In this document: piece after piece, positions 17,318 to 28,149 of the stretch
Layout of the letters: each line of letters begins with the position of its first letter
How positions within the stretch are numbered: position 1 is the stretch's first letter
Position numbers and translations under genes: made by a program
Assembly: GCF_003864295.1 (NCBI RefSeq)
Contig: NZ_BDQK01000001.1
Span: 440,676 to 480,675 of the forward strand
From: Aphanothece sacrum FPU1
GTDB lineage: Bacteria; Cyanobacteriota; Cyanobacteriia; Cyanobacteriales; Microcystaceae
DNA length: 40,000 bases
Reading direction: 5' to 3'
Notes under the pieces: generated by a model
Seen by the model: the letters and a program-made list of their open reading frames with translations, nothing else
Databases searched by the model: none
Told to the model about the DNA's origin: nothing

Positions 17318-18787
17318 ATGCTACAAACAACCGGTCTAATTAAATCCGACTCATCAACGGCTACAACAGTAACCCCGAAGACTACCCCTTGTGCGCCAAA
17401 AGCGACTGGTGGATGTGGTAGCACTTCTTCGAGTCCCCAAGTTCTAGATGAAAGAATTGCCGAACGCATTGCCAAACACCCCTGTTATAGTGAAGATGCA
17501 CACCACCACTATGCACGGATGCACGTTGCAGTAGCACCCGCTTGTAACATTCAATGTAACTATTGTAACCGTAAATACGACTGTGCGAACGAAAGCCGTC
17601 CTGGAGTTGTCAGTGAAGTGCTGACCCCCGAAGAAGCTGCACACAAAGCCTTAGTCATTGCTGGAAAGATTCCCCAAATGACAGTTTTAGGGATTGCGGG
17701 TCCTGGTGATCCTTTAGCGAACCCCACACAAACTTTCCGTACCTTTGAATTAGTTGCCGAGAAAGCCCCAGATATTAAACTCTGCTTATCGAGTAATGGA
17801 TTGATGTTAACCGAATACATCGATCGCATTAAAGAACTCAACGTCGATCACGTTACCCTAACGATTAATATGATCGACCCAGAAATCGGTGAAAAAATCT
17901 ATCCTTGGGTACGTTATAACCGTAAACGCTACAAAGGCATCGAAGGAGTTAACATTCTCCACGAGAAACAAATGGAAGCCCTTGATGCACTGCGAGAAGC
18001 AGATGTCTTGTGCAAAGTTAACTCTGTAATGATCCCCGGCATTAATGACGAACACTTAATAGAAGTTAACGAAGTGATTCGTTCAAAAGGTGCTTTCCTG
18101 CACAATATTATGCCCCTGATCTCCGCCCCTGAACATGGAACCCACTTCGGGTTAACCGGACAAAGAGGCCCGACCCCCAAAGAACTGAAAGCTGTACAAG
18201 ACGGTTGTTCTGGCAACATGAAAATGATGCGCCACTGTCGTCAATGTCGGGCTGATGCGGTAGGATTATTAGGAGAAGATCGTTCTCAGGAATTCACTAA
18301 AGATAAATTCCTAGAAATGACTCCCGAATACGATATCGAGAAACGTCAAGAAGTCCACGCCAATATTGAAAAATTCACGGCGGAAGTAAAAGCAACACAG
18401 GCTAAACGCACTAGCACCAAACCCGTTAAAGAAGCACCGAAAATTCTGTTAGCGGTTGCGACAAAAGGAAATCGTTTAGTTAACCAACACTTCGGACACG
18501 CTAAAGAATTTCAAATCTTTGAAGTCGATGGCACTAATGTTAAATTTGTGGCACACCGCAAAGTTGATCTTTATTGTCAAAGTGGTTACGGAGAAGAAGC
18601 GACCCTAGAAAACATCATTAAAGCTATCTCCGATTGTCAAGGAGTCCTTGCTGCTAAAATTGGCAACTGTCCTCAAGAAGAATTACGCAAAGCCGGGGTA
18701 GAACCCTTTGAAGCTTACGATGTCATTGATAAAGTTGCTCTCGACTTCTATCAACAATACCAGCAAAAGCAGTCCGTAGGAGTTTAA
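17318..18787 (+). CDS. nifB: NifB (radical SAM FeMo-cofactor biosynthesis protein with C-terminal NifX-like domain)
   Basis: [14 protein letters not shown] radical-SAM motif and a C-terminal NifX/NafY-like domain ([13 protein letters not shown]). ATG at 17318 is preferred over the GTG at 17261. Confidence 0.95.
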   Translation: MLQTTGLIKSDSSTATTVTPKTTPCAPKATGGCGSTSSSPQVLDERIAERIAKHPCYSEDAHHHYARMHVAVAPACNIQCNYCNRKYDCANESRPGVVSEVLTPEEAAHKALVIAGKIPQMTVLGIAGPGDPLANPTQTFRTFELVAEKAPDIKLCLSSNGLMLTEYIDRIKELNVDHVTLTINMIDPEIGEKIYPWVRYNRKRYKGIEGVNILHEKQMEALDALREADVLCKVNSVMIPGINDEHLIEVNEVIRSKGAFLHNIMPLISAPEHGTHFGLTGQRGPTPKELKAVQDGCSGNMKMMRHCRQCRADAVGLLGEDRSQEFTKDKFLEMTPEYDIEKRQEVHANIEKFTAEVKATQAKRTSTKPVKEAPKILLAVATKGNRLVNQHFGHAKEFQIFEVDGTNVKFVAHRKVDLYCQSGYGEEATLENIIKAISDCQGVLAAKIGNCPQEELRKAGVEPFEAYDVIDKVALDFYQQYQQKQSVGV

Positions 18788-18789
18788 TT

Positions 18790-18984
18790 ATGAGTTATCA
18801 GAGTGCCACTCTTGTTAAAACTAACACTCATCAGTCTGGAACAGACACCCGAATGGGAATCAATTCTACCACGATGAAAAAAGAAATAGCTAATAGTTGT
18901 GGCATTTGTGTTGATGATCATCCAATCCCTCCCTGTACTGGCTTCTCTAAAGACTATAACTGTTCTCCCTCCTATAAACCATAA
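18790..18984 (+). CDS. Candidate 64-aa Cys-containing protein between nifB and fdxN
   Basis: The ATG lies 2 nt after the nifB stop, with AGGAG 8 nt upstream. The ORF fills 195 of the 224 bp between nifB and fdxN and has four Cys (CGIC...PPC...NC). No family recognised. Confidence 0.4.
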   Translation: MSYQSATLVKTNTHQSGTDTRMGINSTTMKKEIANSCGICVDDHPIPPCTGFSKDYNCSPSYKP

Positions 18985-19011
18985 ATCTGTGAATTAACAA
19001 AAGGTCGCGTC

Positions 19012-19362
19012 ATGAGTTACACCATCACTAATGAATGTATAAGCTGTCATCGCTGTCAAGTGGCTTGTCCCACTGATGCTATCCAAATACAAAACGGTAG
19101 ATTACTCATTGACGCGAACCTTTGTAATGAGTGTCGCGGCCATTACGGAACCCCCCAATGTGCCGCCGCTTGTCCCACAAATGCTGGTTGTTTGTCTCTA
19201 TCGGAGAAAATGGGTCAACCCAGGGACTATTGGGATACTTGGTTTAATCACTACAACACTCTCCTAACCAAGCTAAAACACGAAGAACCCACCTATTGTT
19301 GGGAGACTTGGTTTGATACTTATTCGCGCGAAATCGCCTCTTTAATGACGGCCCACAGTTAA
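19012..19362 (+). CDS. fdxN: 2x[4Fe-4S] ferredoxin FdxN
   Basis: CISCHRCQVACP and CNECRGHYGTPQCAAACP cluster motifs. Position nifB-fdxN-nifS is canonical in cyanobacteria. The gene is uninterrupted. Confidence 0.9.
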   Translation: MSYTITNECISCHRCQVACPTDAIQIQNGRLLIDANLCNECRGHYGTPQCAAACPTNAGCLSLSEKMGQPRDYWDTWFNHYNTLLTKLKHEEPTYCWETWFDTYSREIASLMTAHS

Positions 19363-19439
19363 CAGTCAACCACGAAAAAAATCACTGATAACTGATTAGG
19401 GAAACGGTATCATTGGCAACTTAATTTTGGTAACTATCG

Positions 19440-20642
19440 ATGCGAGAATGTATATATCTTGATAACAACGCCACCACCCAAATAGACGAGGAAGTCTTAG
19501 GGGCGATGATGCCCTACCTGACCCTCTACTATGGCAACCCCTCTAGTATGCACACCTTTGGCGGACAAGTAGGACGAGCCGTAACCACCGCTAGAGAACA
19601 GGTCGCCTCCCTTTTAGGGGCAGATGCTTCAGAAATCGTCTTTACCAGTTGTGGTACTGAAGGAGATAATGCTGCTATTCGTGGGGCCCTAGCTGCTCAA
19701 CCGAATAAACGCCATATCGTCACTAGCGAAGTTGAACACCCTGCTGTTCTTAATCTTTGCAAAAACCTTGAAAAACAGGGTTATACGGTAACATATCTTT
19801 CGGTTAATAATCAAGGACAACTTGACCTGAGTGAAGTAGAAGCCTCTCTCACCGGGAACACAGCCCTAGTTTCGATTATGTATGCGAATAATGAAACTGG
19901 CGTTGTCTTCCCAGTAGAAAAGGTGGGGCAACTGGCGAAAGATTATGGAGCGATCTTCCATGTGGATGCAGTGCAAGCAGTGGGAAAAATTCCTCTCAAT
20001 ATGCAAACTAGCACCATAGATCTCTTAACCCTCTCTGGTCATAAAATCCATGCTCCTAAAGGCATTGGTGCTTTGTATGTCCGTCGCGGTACTCGCTTCC
20101 GTCCTTCCATGATTGGGGGACATCAAGAACGGGGCCGTCGGGCAGGTACGGAAAATGTCCCTGGGATTGTAGCATTAGGAAAAGCGGCCGAGTTAGCTCA
20201 ATATCATTTAGCTAATGTGTCTGGCGAACGGCAATTACGGGATTATTTAGAACAAACAATTCTGACTTTAATTCCGAATACGGTGGTCAATGGTCATCCG
20301 ATTCAACGATTGCCTAATACGACAAATATTGGTTTCAAATATATTGAAGGTGAGGCGATCTTACTCTCTCTAAATCAATATGAGATTTGTGCTTCTTCGG
20401 GTTCTGCTTGTACCTCTGGTTCCTTAGAACCTTCTCACGTCCTGCGGGCTATGGGACTTCCTTACAGTGTTCTTCACGGTTCGATTCGCTTTAGCCTTTC
20501 TCGTTATACAACACAAACTCAGATTGATCGAGTTCTTGAGGTTTTACCAGGAATCATTGAGCGATTACGGGCTTTATCTCCCTTTAATAGCGATGATTCT
20601 AGCTGGTTACAAGAACAAGAACTAGCCGTATTAGCTAAGTAA
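19440..20642 (+). CDS. nifS: Cysteine desulfurase NifS
   Basis: Class V aminotransferase with SGHKIHAPKG (PLP lysine) and SSGSACTSG active-site Cys loop. Confidence 0.95.
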   Translation: MRECIYLDNNATTQIDEEVLGAMMPYLTLYYGNPSSMHTFGGQVGRAVTTAREQVASLLGADASEIVFTSCGTEGDNAAIRGALAAQPNKRHIVTSEVEHPAVLNLCKNLEKQGYTVTYLSVNNQGQLDLSEVEASLTGNTALVSIMYANNETGVVFPVEKVGQLAKDYGAIFHVDAVQAVGKIPLNMQTSTIDLLTLSGHKIHAPKGIGALYVRRGTRFRPSMIGGHQERGRRAGTENVPGIVALGKAAELAQYHLANVSGERQLRDYLEQTILTLIPNTVVNGHPIQRLPNTTNIGFKYIEGEAILLSLNQYEICASSGSACTSGSLEPSHVLRAMGLPYSVLHGSIRFSLSRYTTQTQIDRVLEVLPGIIERLRALSPFNSDDSSWLQEQELAVLAK

Positions 20643-20810
20643 ATCATGAATGATAAATGATGAATGATGAATTGAAAAAATGGCTATAAAGGTAAGTATT
20701 ATACCTTCATAACTGACAATCTAGTCTAACAGTTCATAATTCATAATTCATAATTCATAATTCATAATTTAGAATTTTCTCAACTGATAACTGATAAGTG
20801 GTAACTGACT
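20643..20810. repeat. Composite heptamer element: ATGAATG-type arm, core CAATCTAGTCTAA, (TTCATAA)x5 arm, then AACTGAT units
   Basis: Left arm 20643-20673, core 20717-20729, right arm 20733-20769, AACTGATAACTGATAAGTGGTAACTGACT 20782-20810. It fills the whole nifS-nifU spacer. Confidence 0.95.
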
Positions 20811-21695
20811 ATGTGGGACTATACAGATAAGGTGATGGAATTCTTCTATAATCCTCGTAATCAGGGAACGATTACGGAGAAAAATGAAGGAGAAGCGATT
20901 ACAACCGGAGAAGTAGGTAGTATTTCTTGTGGAGACGCTTTAAGGTTACATCTTAAGATTGATACTGCTACAGAAATCATCTTAGATGCTCGGTTTCAAA
21001 CTTTTGGTTGTGCTTCTGCGATCGCGTCTTCTTCAGCATTAACTGAGTTATTGGTAGGCAAAACTTTAGATGAAGCTTTGAGTCTTACTAATAAACAAAT
21101 TGCTGAATTCTTAGGGGGTTTACCCGAAGAAAAAATGCACTGTTCAGTGATGGGACAAGAAGCATTAGAAGCAGCTATCTTTAATTATAGAGGGATTCCT
21201 CTTGATAATCATGACGATGATGAAGGAGCCTTAGTTTGCCGTTGTTTTGGGGTCAGTGATGCCAGAATTCGCAGAATTGTTTCTGAAAATGGTCTGACGA
21301 CTGCTGAACAAGTAACCCATTATGTGAAAGCAGGTGGAGGTTGTGGTTCTTGTCTAACAGATATTGATGATTTAATTGCAGAAATTGTGTTAGAACAAGA
21401 GACTGCAGTTGCTGCGGCGACTAAAGTTATTCAATCAAAAACAATTCCTACTACACCACTAACTAATCTACAAAAAATCACTCTTATTCAACAAATTCTC
21501 GAACAAGAAATCAAACCCATGTTAGCACAAGATGGGGGAGATGTAGAGTTATTTGATATCGAAGGAGATCTCGTTAAAGTAATTCTAAAAGGAGCTTGTG
21601 GTTCTTGTCCAAGTAGCACTGCTACCTTAAAAATGGGCATAGAAGCGCGATTACAAGAACGAATTTCACCGACTCTAACAGTCATTGCTGTGTAA
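20811..21695 (+). CDS. nifU: NifU Fe-S cluster scaffold
   Basis: N-terminal IscU-like domain (GDALRLHL...FGCASAIASS), central CRC...CGSC 2Fe-2S domain and C-terminal Nfu domain (GACGSCPSS). Confidence 0.95.
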   Translation: MWDYTDKVMEFFYNPRNQGTITEKNEGEAITTGEVGSISCGDALRLHLKIDTATEIILDARFQTFGCASAIASSSALTELLVGKTLDEALSLTNKQIAEFLGGLPEEKMHCSVMGQEALEAAIFNYRGIPLDNHDDDEGALVCRCFGVSDARIRRIVSENGLTTAEQVTHYVKAGGGCGSCLTDIDDLIAEIVLEQETAVAAATKVIQSKTIPTTPLTNLQKITLIQQILEQEIKPMLAQDGGDVELFDIEGDLVKVILKGACGSCPSSTATLKMGIEARLQERISPTLTVIAV

Positions 21696-21706
21696 TTAAT
21701 TGTCAA

Positions 21707-21800
21707 CTATGAATGAGAAATGATGACCTATGAATTGGAAAAATAGATGTCAACAATCTAGTCTAAAATTCATAATTCATAATTCATAATTCATAATTTT
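21707..21800. repeat. Second copy of the composite element (ATGAATG-type arm, core, (TTCATAA)x4-5)
   Basis: Left arm 21707-21736, core CAATCTAGTCTAA 21754-21766, right arm 21767-21800. A shorter paralogue of 20643-20769. Confidence 0.95.
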
Positions 21801-21881
21801 CCCAAGAGGCCCTATGTTATTCCAAAAAAATAGTCGAGAGCGGTCGCCACCAAACGAGCATCGCTTTCGCGAGAGTGTTGA

Positions 21882-22979
<1,098 letters not shown>

Positions 22980-23002
22980 TCTAGGGTACTCGCGCAATTA
23001 AA

Positions 23003-23023
23003 CCCATGTAACTGGGACATGGG
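23003..23023 (+). other. Stem-loop directly after nifH (CCCATGT-aactggg-ACATGGG)
   Basis: 7-bp perfect stem 24 nt after the nifH stop, with no U-tract. More likely an mRNA 3'-end or stability hairpin than a full terminator. Confidence 0.45.
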
Positions 23024-23033
23024 GGAATCAAAC

Positions 23034-23200
23034 CAGTGAACAGTGAACAGTGAACAGTAAACAGTTGTCAAAACTTTTAACTGATAACTGATAACTGATA
23101 ACTGATAACCCCCTTACCCCTTCTTCAGTGAACAGTAAACAGTAAACAGTAAACAGAGCAACAGTGATTTAACTGATAACTGATAACTGATAACTGGTAA
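23034..23200. repeat. Two tandem composite modules [(GTGAACA/GTAAACA)n - spacer - (AACTGAT)n]
   Basis: Module 1 is 23034-23110 and module 2 is 23126-23200. Four AACTGAT units in module 1 and about 3.5 in module 2. Confidence 0.95.
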
Positions 23201-23286
23201 TCCTCATCCTCACAAACACTCCCCACTCGTCTATTTGACGAGGGCGTTGTTCCATCCTAATCGCCAACCTATCACCGAGGAACACT

Positions 23287-24717
23287 ATGTCAACAGTAGA
23301 AGACAGAAAGCAGCTAATCAAAGACGTTCTTGATACTTACCCCGACAAGTTAGCCAAGAAACGTTCCAAACATCTTAACGTTTACGAAGAAGGCAAAGAC
23401 GATTGCGGTGTAAAATCTAACGTTAAGTCTGCACCTGGAGTTATGACCGCTCGTGGTTGTGCTTATGCAGGGTCTAAAGGGGTAGTTTGGGGTCCTATCA
23501 AAGATATGATCCACATCTCCCACGGGCCGGTTGGTTGTGGTTACTACTCTTGGTCTGGTCGTCGTAACTACTATATCGGAACCACTGGAGTTGATACCTT
23601 TGGTACGATGAACTTTACCTCTGATTTCCAAGAACGGGACATCGTTTTTGGTGGAGACAAAAAACTCCTGAAAATCACCGAGGAAATTGAAGAATTATTC
23701 CCCCTCAACAATGGGATTTCCATTCAATCTGAATGTCCTATTGGCTTAATCGGAGACGATATTGAAGGTGTTGCCCGTAAAGCGCAAAAAATCACCAACA
23801 AACCCGTTGTTCCCGTCCGTTGTGAAGGGTTCCGTGGAGTTTCTCAATCTTTAGGACACCACATCGCTAACGACGCAGTACGTGACTGGGTATTCAGTCG
23901 TACAGATGCAGCCGAAATCGAAACCACTCCTTATGACGTAGCCATCATCGGTGACTACAACATCGGTGGAGATGCTTGGTCTAGCCGTATTCTTCTCGAA
24001 GAAATGGGTCTACGCGTCGTTGCTCAATGGTCTGGAGACGGAACCATCAACGAAATGATGCAAACCCCCAAAGTGAAACTCAACCTGATTCACTGTTACC
24101 GTTCCATGAACTACATCAGTCGTCACATGGAAGAAAAATACGGTATTCCCTGGTTTGAATACAACTTCTTCGGCCCCACCAAAATTGCTGAATCTTTACG
24201 GGCGATCGCTGCACTCTTTGATGAAACCATCCAAGAAAAAGCAGAACAAGTAATCGCTAAGTACGAACAACAAACTGCAGATGTCTTAGCTAAATACCGT
24301 CCTCGTTTAGAAGGCAAAACCGTCATGATGATGGTTGGTGGATTACGTCCTCGTCACGTTGTTCCCGCTTTCACCGACTTAGGTATGGTCATGATTGGAA
24401 CCGGATATGAGTTCGCTCACGGTGACGACTATAAACGTACCACTGAGTATGTAGATGACGCAACCCTCATCTATGATGACGTAACTGCTTATGAGTTTGA
24501 AAAATTCGTTCAAGAACTCAAACCCGACTTAGTTGCTTCCGGTGTTAAAGAGAAGTATGTGTTCCAAAAAATGGGACTACCCTTCCGTCAAATGCACTCT
24601 TGGGATTACTCTGGCCCTTATCACGGTTATGACGGATTTGCTATCTTTGCACGGGATATGGACTTAGCTCTAAATAACCCAACTTGGGGGCTGATCAAAT
24701 CTCCTTGGAATAAATAA
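23287..24717 (+). CDS. nifD: Nitrogenase MoFe protein alpha chain NifD
   Basis: 476 aa with [19 protein letters not shown] (FeMo-co Cys) and [19 protein letters not shown] (FeMo-co His) motifs. Uninterrupted. Confidence 0.97.
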   Translation: MSTVEDRKQLIKDVLDTYPDKLAKKRSKHLNVYEEGKDDCGVKSNVKSAPGVMTARGCAYAGSKGVVWGPIKDMIHISHGPVGCGYYSWSGRRNYYIGTTGVDTFGTMNFTSDFQERDIVFGGDKKLLKITEEIEELFPLNNGISIQSECPIGLIGDDIEGVARKAQKITNKPVVPVRCEGFRGVSQSLGHHIANDAVRDWVFSRTDAAEIETTPYDVAIIGDYNIGGDAWSSRILLEEMGLRVVAQWSGDGTINEMMQTPKVKLNLIHCYRSMNYISRHMEEKYGIPWFEYNFFGPTKIAESLRAIAALFDETIQEKAEQVIAKYEQQTADVLAKYRPRLEGKTVMMMVGGLRPRHVVPAFTDLGMVMIGTGYEFAHGDDYKRTTEYVDDATLIYDDVTAYEFEKFVQELKPDLVASGVKEKYVFQKMGLPFRQMHSWDYSGPYHGYDGFAIFARDMDLALNNPTWGLIKSPWNK

Positions 24718-24808
24718 GACAAGGGAACAGGGGACAAGTTTCCCCCCTCCCCCTCTTATTGCCCAAACGATGCCTTACTATCCTTGATCGAAGAACGGAG
24801 TACCACCA

Positions 24809-26344
24809 ATGCCTCAGAATATAGATAACATTCAAGACCACGTTGAGTTATTTCATCAGCCTGAGTACCAAGAGTTATTTGAAAACAAAAAAGCCATGCA
24901 AGGTATGGCTGCTGATGAAGAAGTAACCAAAGTTGCTGAGTGGACCAAAAGTTGGGAATATCGTGAAAAGAACTTCGCTCGTGAAGCCCTCACCATCAAC
25001 CCCGCTAAAGCTTGTCAACCTTTAGGTGCTATCTTAGCAGCAGTTGGATTTGAAGGAACCCTCCCCTTTGTACACGGGTCACAAGGTTGTGTTGCTTACT
25101 TCCGTACCCACTTTACCCGTCACTTCAAAGAACCCTTTAGTGGTGTTTCTTCTTCCATGACTGAAGACGCAGCCGTTTTCGGTGGATTGAAAAACATGAT
25201 CGAAGGTTTAGAGAACGCCTACAATCTCTACAAACCCAAAATGATTGCTGTCTGTACAACTTGTATGGCAGAAGTTATTGGAGATGACTTAGGTTCCTTC
25301 ATCGGTAACTCTAAAGCAGCAGGTTCTGTTCCTGAAGATTTCCCCGTTCCCTTTGCTCATACTCCTTCTTTCGTTGGTTCTCATATCACTGGATATGACA
25401 ACATGATGAAAGCTGTCCTCGGCAACTTAACCGAAGGCAAAAAAGCTGCTACCACCAACGGCAAAATCAACTTTATTCCTGGGTTTGAAACCTATATTGG
25501 TAACTTACGCGAACTGAAACACTTAGTCAGTGCTATGGGCGTTAATGCTACCATCTTAGGCGACCACGAACTCTATTTAGATTCTCCTAACGATGGAGAA
25601 TTCAAAATGTACCAAGGCGGTACAACCTTAGCAGAAGGTGCAGATTCTATCAACGCTGAAAAAACCATCGCTCTGCAAACTTATCCTACCCTAAAAACCC
25701 TCGACTATATCGAGAAAGAATGGCAGCAACCCACCGCTACCTATCGTCCTTGGGGTATTCAAGCGACTGACGCTTTCTTAATGGGACTCTCTGAAATCAC
25801 AGGTAATCCTGTTCCCCCCGAATTAGAATTAGAACGGGGACGTGCAGTAGATGCCATGACCGATAGTCATGCTTGGTTACACGGCAAAACCGCCGCTATC
25901 TACGGTGATCCTGATCTTGTATTAGGCGTACTACAATTCTTGTTAGAAATGGGCGTAGAACCAGTTCACGTCTTAGTTAACAATTCTAGCGAAGAATTTG
26001 AAACAGAAGCCAAAGCCCTCTTAGCTTCTAGTCCTTACGGTCAAAAAGCAACCGTTTGGGGTGGTAAAGATTTATGGCATATGCGTTCTTTACTGTTCAC
26101 CGAACCCGTTGACTTCTTAGTTGGTAACTCCTACGGTAAATACCTCTGGCGCGATACCCAGATTCCTTTAATCCGCATCGGTTATCCTATCTTTGATCGT
26201 CACCACTTACACCGTTATTCTACCATTGGTTACAATGGCGCGATTAACCTACTAAATTGGATTGTTAACGCTCTATTTGAAGAAATTGACCGTAACACCA
26301 ATATCCCCTCGAAGACCGATATTTCCTTCGATTTAGTCCGTTAA
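24809..26344 (+). CDS. nifK: Nitrogenase MoFe protein beta chain NifK
   Basis: 511 aa; [32 protein letters not shown]-cluster ligand region. Confidence 0.97.
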   Translation: MPQNIDNIQDHVELFHQPEYQELFENKKAMQGMAADEEVTKVAEWTKSWEYREKNFAREALTINPAKACQPLGAILAAVGFEGTLPFVHGSQGCVAYFRTHFTRHFKEPFSGVSSSMTEDAAVFGGLKNMIEGLENAYNLYKPKMIAVCTTCMAEVIGDDLGSFIGNSKAAGSVPEDFPVPFAHTPSFVGSHITGYDNMMKAVLGNLTEGKKAATTNGKINFIPGFETYIGNLRELKHLVSAMGVNATILGDHELYLDSPNDGEFKMYQGGTTLAEGADSINAEKTIALQTYPTLKTLDYIEKEWQQPTATYRPWGIQATDAFLMGLSEITGNPVPPELELERGRAVDAMTDSHAWLHGKTAAIYGDPDLVLGVLQFLLEMGVEPVHVLVNNSSEEFETEAKALLASSPYGQKATVWGGKDLWHMRSLLFTEPVDFLVGNSYGKYLWRDTQIPLIRIGYPIFDRHHLHRYSTIGYNGAINLLNWIVNALFEEIDRNTNIPSKTDISFDLVR

Positions 26345-26367
26345 TCAAAGGGAGACAAGGAAGAACA

Positions 26368-26394
26368 GGGGGAAAAGGAATTCTTTTCCTCCCC
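26368..26394 (+). terminator. Hairpin after nifK (GGGGGAAAAG-gaatt-CTTTTCCtCCCC)
   Basis: 7-bp core stem extendable with a bulge, 24 nt after the nifK stop, followed by CTCTCCTTTT. A weak terminator or processing candidate. Confidence 0.4.
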
Positions 26395-26407
26395 CCCCTC
26401 TCCTTTT

Positions 26408-26443
26408 AGAAGTTAGAAGTTAGAAGTCAGAAGTCAGAAGTTA
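26408..26443. repeat. Heptamer array (GAAGTTA/GAAGTCA)x5
   Basis: agaagttagaagttagaagtcagaagtcagaagtta, read directly. Confidence 0.95.
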
Positions 26444-26492
26444 AATGCTTTTTATGCTTCCTTTATTTCGACCAAAAGTAGAGATATATGAC

Positions 26493-26531
26493 CAGTGAAC
26501 AGTGATTTAACTGATAACTGATAACTGATAA
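26493..26531. repeat. Composite GTGAACA - (AACTGAT)x3 module
   Basis: cagtgaacagtgatttaactgataactgataactgataa is near-identical to 23160-23198. Confidence 0.95.
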
Positions 26532-26642
26532 AGCTCAATCCTCTCTACCACCAATTTATTATTTTGCGCTTACGCGCTCTCACTTAAATGTGCTGATGTT
26601 TGCGGCGAAGATGTTGGTCATTATATCTGTTAAAGGGACGCA

Positions 26643-26722
26643 ATAGTTAATAGTTAATGGTTAGTAGTTTATACATAAAAACTATCAATTATCAACTGTT
26701 AACTATTAACTCTCAACTCTCA
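26643..26722. repeat. Inverted heptamer arms (TAGTTAA-type, then TTAACTA/TCAACTA-type) immediately upstream of nifE
   Basis: atagttaatagttaatggttagtagtt - tatacataaa - aactatcaattatcaactgttaactattaactctcaactctc. The arms are imperfect complements. Confidence 0.9.
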
Positions 26723-26736
26723 AAAGGAATTCAGTC

Positions 26737-28149
26737 ATGAAATTAACAAAAGGCAAAATCAACGAACTGCTAACGCAACCCGGTTGTGAGCATAATCATA
26801 AAAAAGAGGGTGAGGGTAAAAATAAGTCTTGTACCCAACAAGCTCAACCCGGTTCTGCTCAAGGAGGCTGCGCTTTTGATGGTGCATCTATCGCCCTTGT
26901 TCCTATCACCGATGCAGCCCATTTAGTTCATGGTTCTATTGCTTGTTCTGGTAATACTTGGGGCAGTCGTGGCAGTCTGTCAAGCGGCCCTAATACTTAT
27001 AAAATGGGTTTTACAACTGATTTATCAGAAAATGATGTTATTTTTGGTGGTGAGAAAAAACTTTATCAAGCAATTGGTCAACTCATTACACGTTATCATC
27101 CAGCCGCAGTTTTTGTCTATTCAACTTGTGTTACTGCCCTCATTGGGGATGATTTAGATGCAGTCTGTAAAGCTGCTAGTAATAAGTTTGAAACTCCTAT
27201 TGTTCCGGTTCATGCACCAGGATTTGTGGGTAGCAAAAATCTGGGCAACCGTTTAGGAGGAGAAGCTTTACTTGACTATGTAGTCGGAACTAGAGAACCG
27301 GAATATACCACTCCTTATGATATTAATCTCATTGGAGAATATAATATCGCGGGTGAAATGTGGGGTGTTATTCCCTTATTAGAAAAAGCGGGATTTCGGG
27401 TTCTTTCTAAGATTACAGGTGATGCTCGTTATAATGAGGTTTGTTATGCTCATCGGGCTAAACTTAATGTTATGATTTGCTCGAAAGCTTTAATTAATAT
27501 GGCTACTGCCATGAAGGAACGTTACGATATTCCTTTCATAGAAGAATCCTTCTATGGTGTAGCTGATATGAACCGTTGTTTACGCAATATTGCCGCTTTC
27601 TTCGGTGATGCTGCTTTACAAGAACGGGTAGAAAATTTAATTGAAGAACAAACCCTTAAGTTAGACATCGCTTTGGCCCCTTATCGGCAAAGGTTAGAGG
27701 GTAAACGCATGGTCTTATATACAGGAGGTGTAAAAAGTTGGTCAATTGTATCAGCCGCTCAAGATTTAGGTATTGAAGTCGTCGCAACTAGCACTAAAAA
27801 AAGCACAGAAGAAGACAAAGCGCGTATTAAACAGTTGCTTGGTCAAGATGGCATTATGCTAGAAAAAGGCAGCCCCGAAGAACTATTACGAGTCATTGAA
27901 AAAACAAAGGCTGATTTATTAGTTGCAGGGGGACGTAATCAATATACTGCCCTGAAAGCTAGAATTCCCTTTTTAGATGTTAACCAAGAACGTCATCATC
28001 CTTATGCGGGTTATGTCGGTATGGTGGAAATGGCTAGAGAATTAGATGAGGCAGTACATAGTCCTATTTGGCGACAAGTCCGTCAAGCTGCCCCTTGGGA
28101 AATTTGGCAACAAGAACATGAAAGTTTGTTGCATTTGGAAGCAGAGTAG
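26737..28149 (+). CDS. nifE: NifE FeMo-cofactor scaffold subunit
   Basis: 470 aa; GCAFDGASIALVPITDAAHLVHGSIACSG and NifD-like architecture. Confidence 0.95.
   Translation: MKLTKGKINELLTQPGCEHNHKKEGEGKNKSCTQQAQPGSAQGGCAFDGASIALVPITDAAHLVHGSIACSGNTWGSRGSLSSGPNTYKMGFTTDLSENDVIFGGEKKLYQAIGQLITRYHPAAVFVYSTCVTALIGDDLDAVCKAASNKFETPIVPVHAPGFVGSKNLGNRLGGEALLDYVVGTREPEYTTPYDINLIGEYNIAGEMWGVIPLLEKAGFRVLSKITGDARYNEVCYAHRAKLNVMICSKALINMATAMKERYDIPFIEESFYGVADMNRCLRNIAAFFGDAALQERVENLIEEQTLKLDIALAPYRQRLEGKRMVLYTGGVKSWSIVSAAQDLGIEVVATSTKKSTEEDKARIKQLLGQDGIMLEKGSPEELLRVIEKTKADLLVAGGRNQYTALKARIPFLDVNQERHHPYAGYVGMVEMARELDEAVHSPIWRQVRQAAPWEIWQQEHESLLHLEAE

Noticed and set aside
16367-17330. ORFs 16367..16702 (+) and 17049..17330 (-) in the cysE-nifB spacer
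   Set aside because: Their composition looks non-coding (R/K/W/Y-rich, low complexity), they lack ribosome-binding sites and motifs, and the second overlaps the nifB start. They are treated as a regulatory region, though a degraded gene remnant cannot be excluded.
17293-18219. Five minus-strand ORFs (17293..17475, 17444..17644, 17560..17841, 17858..18055, 17929..18219)
   Set aside because: All are antisense shadows inside nifB. The overlapping set in different frames is typical of non-coding antisense frames.
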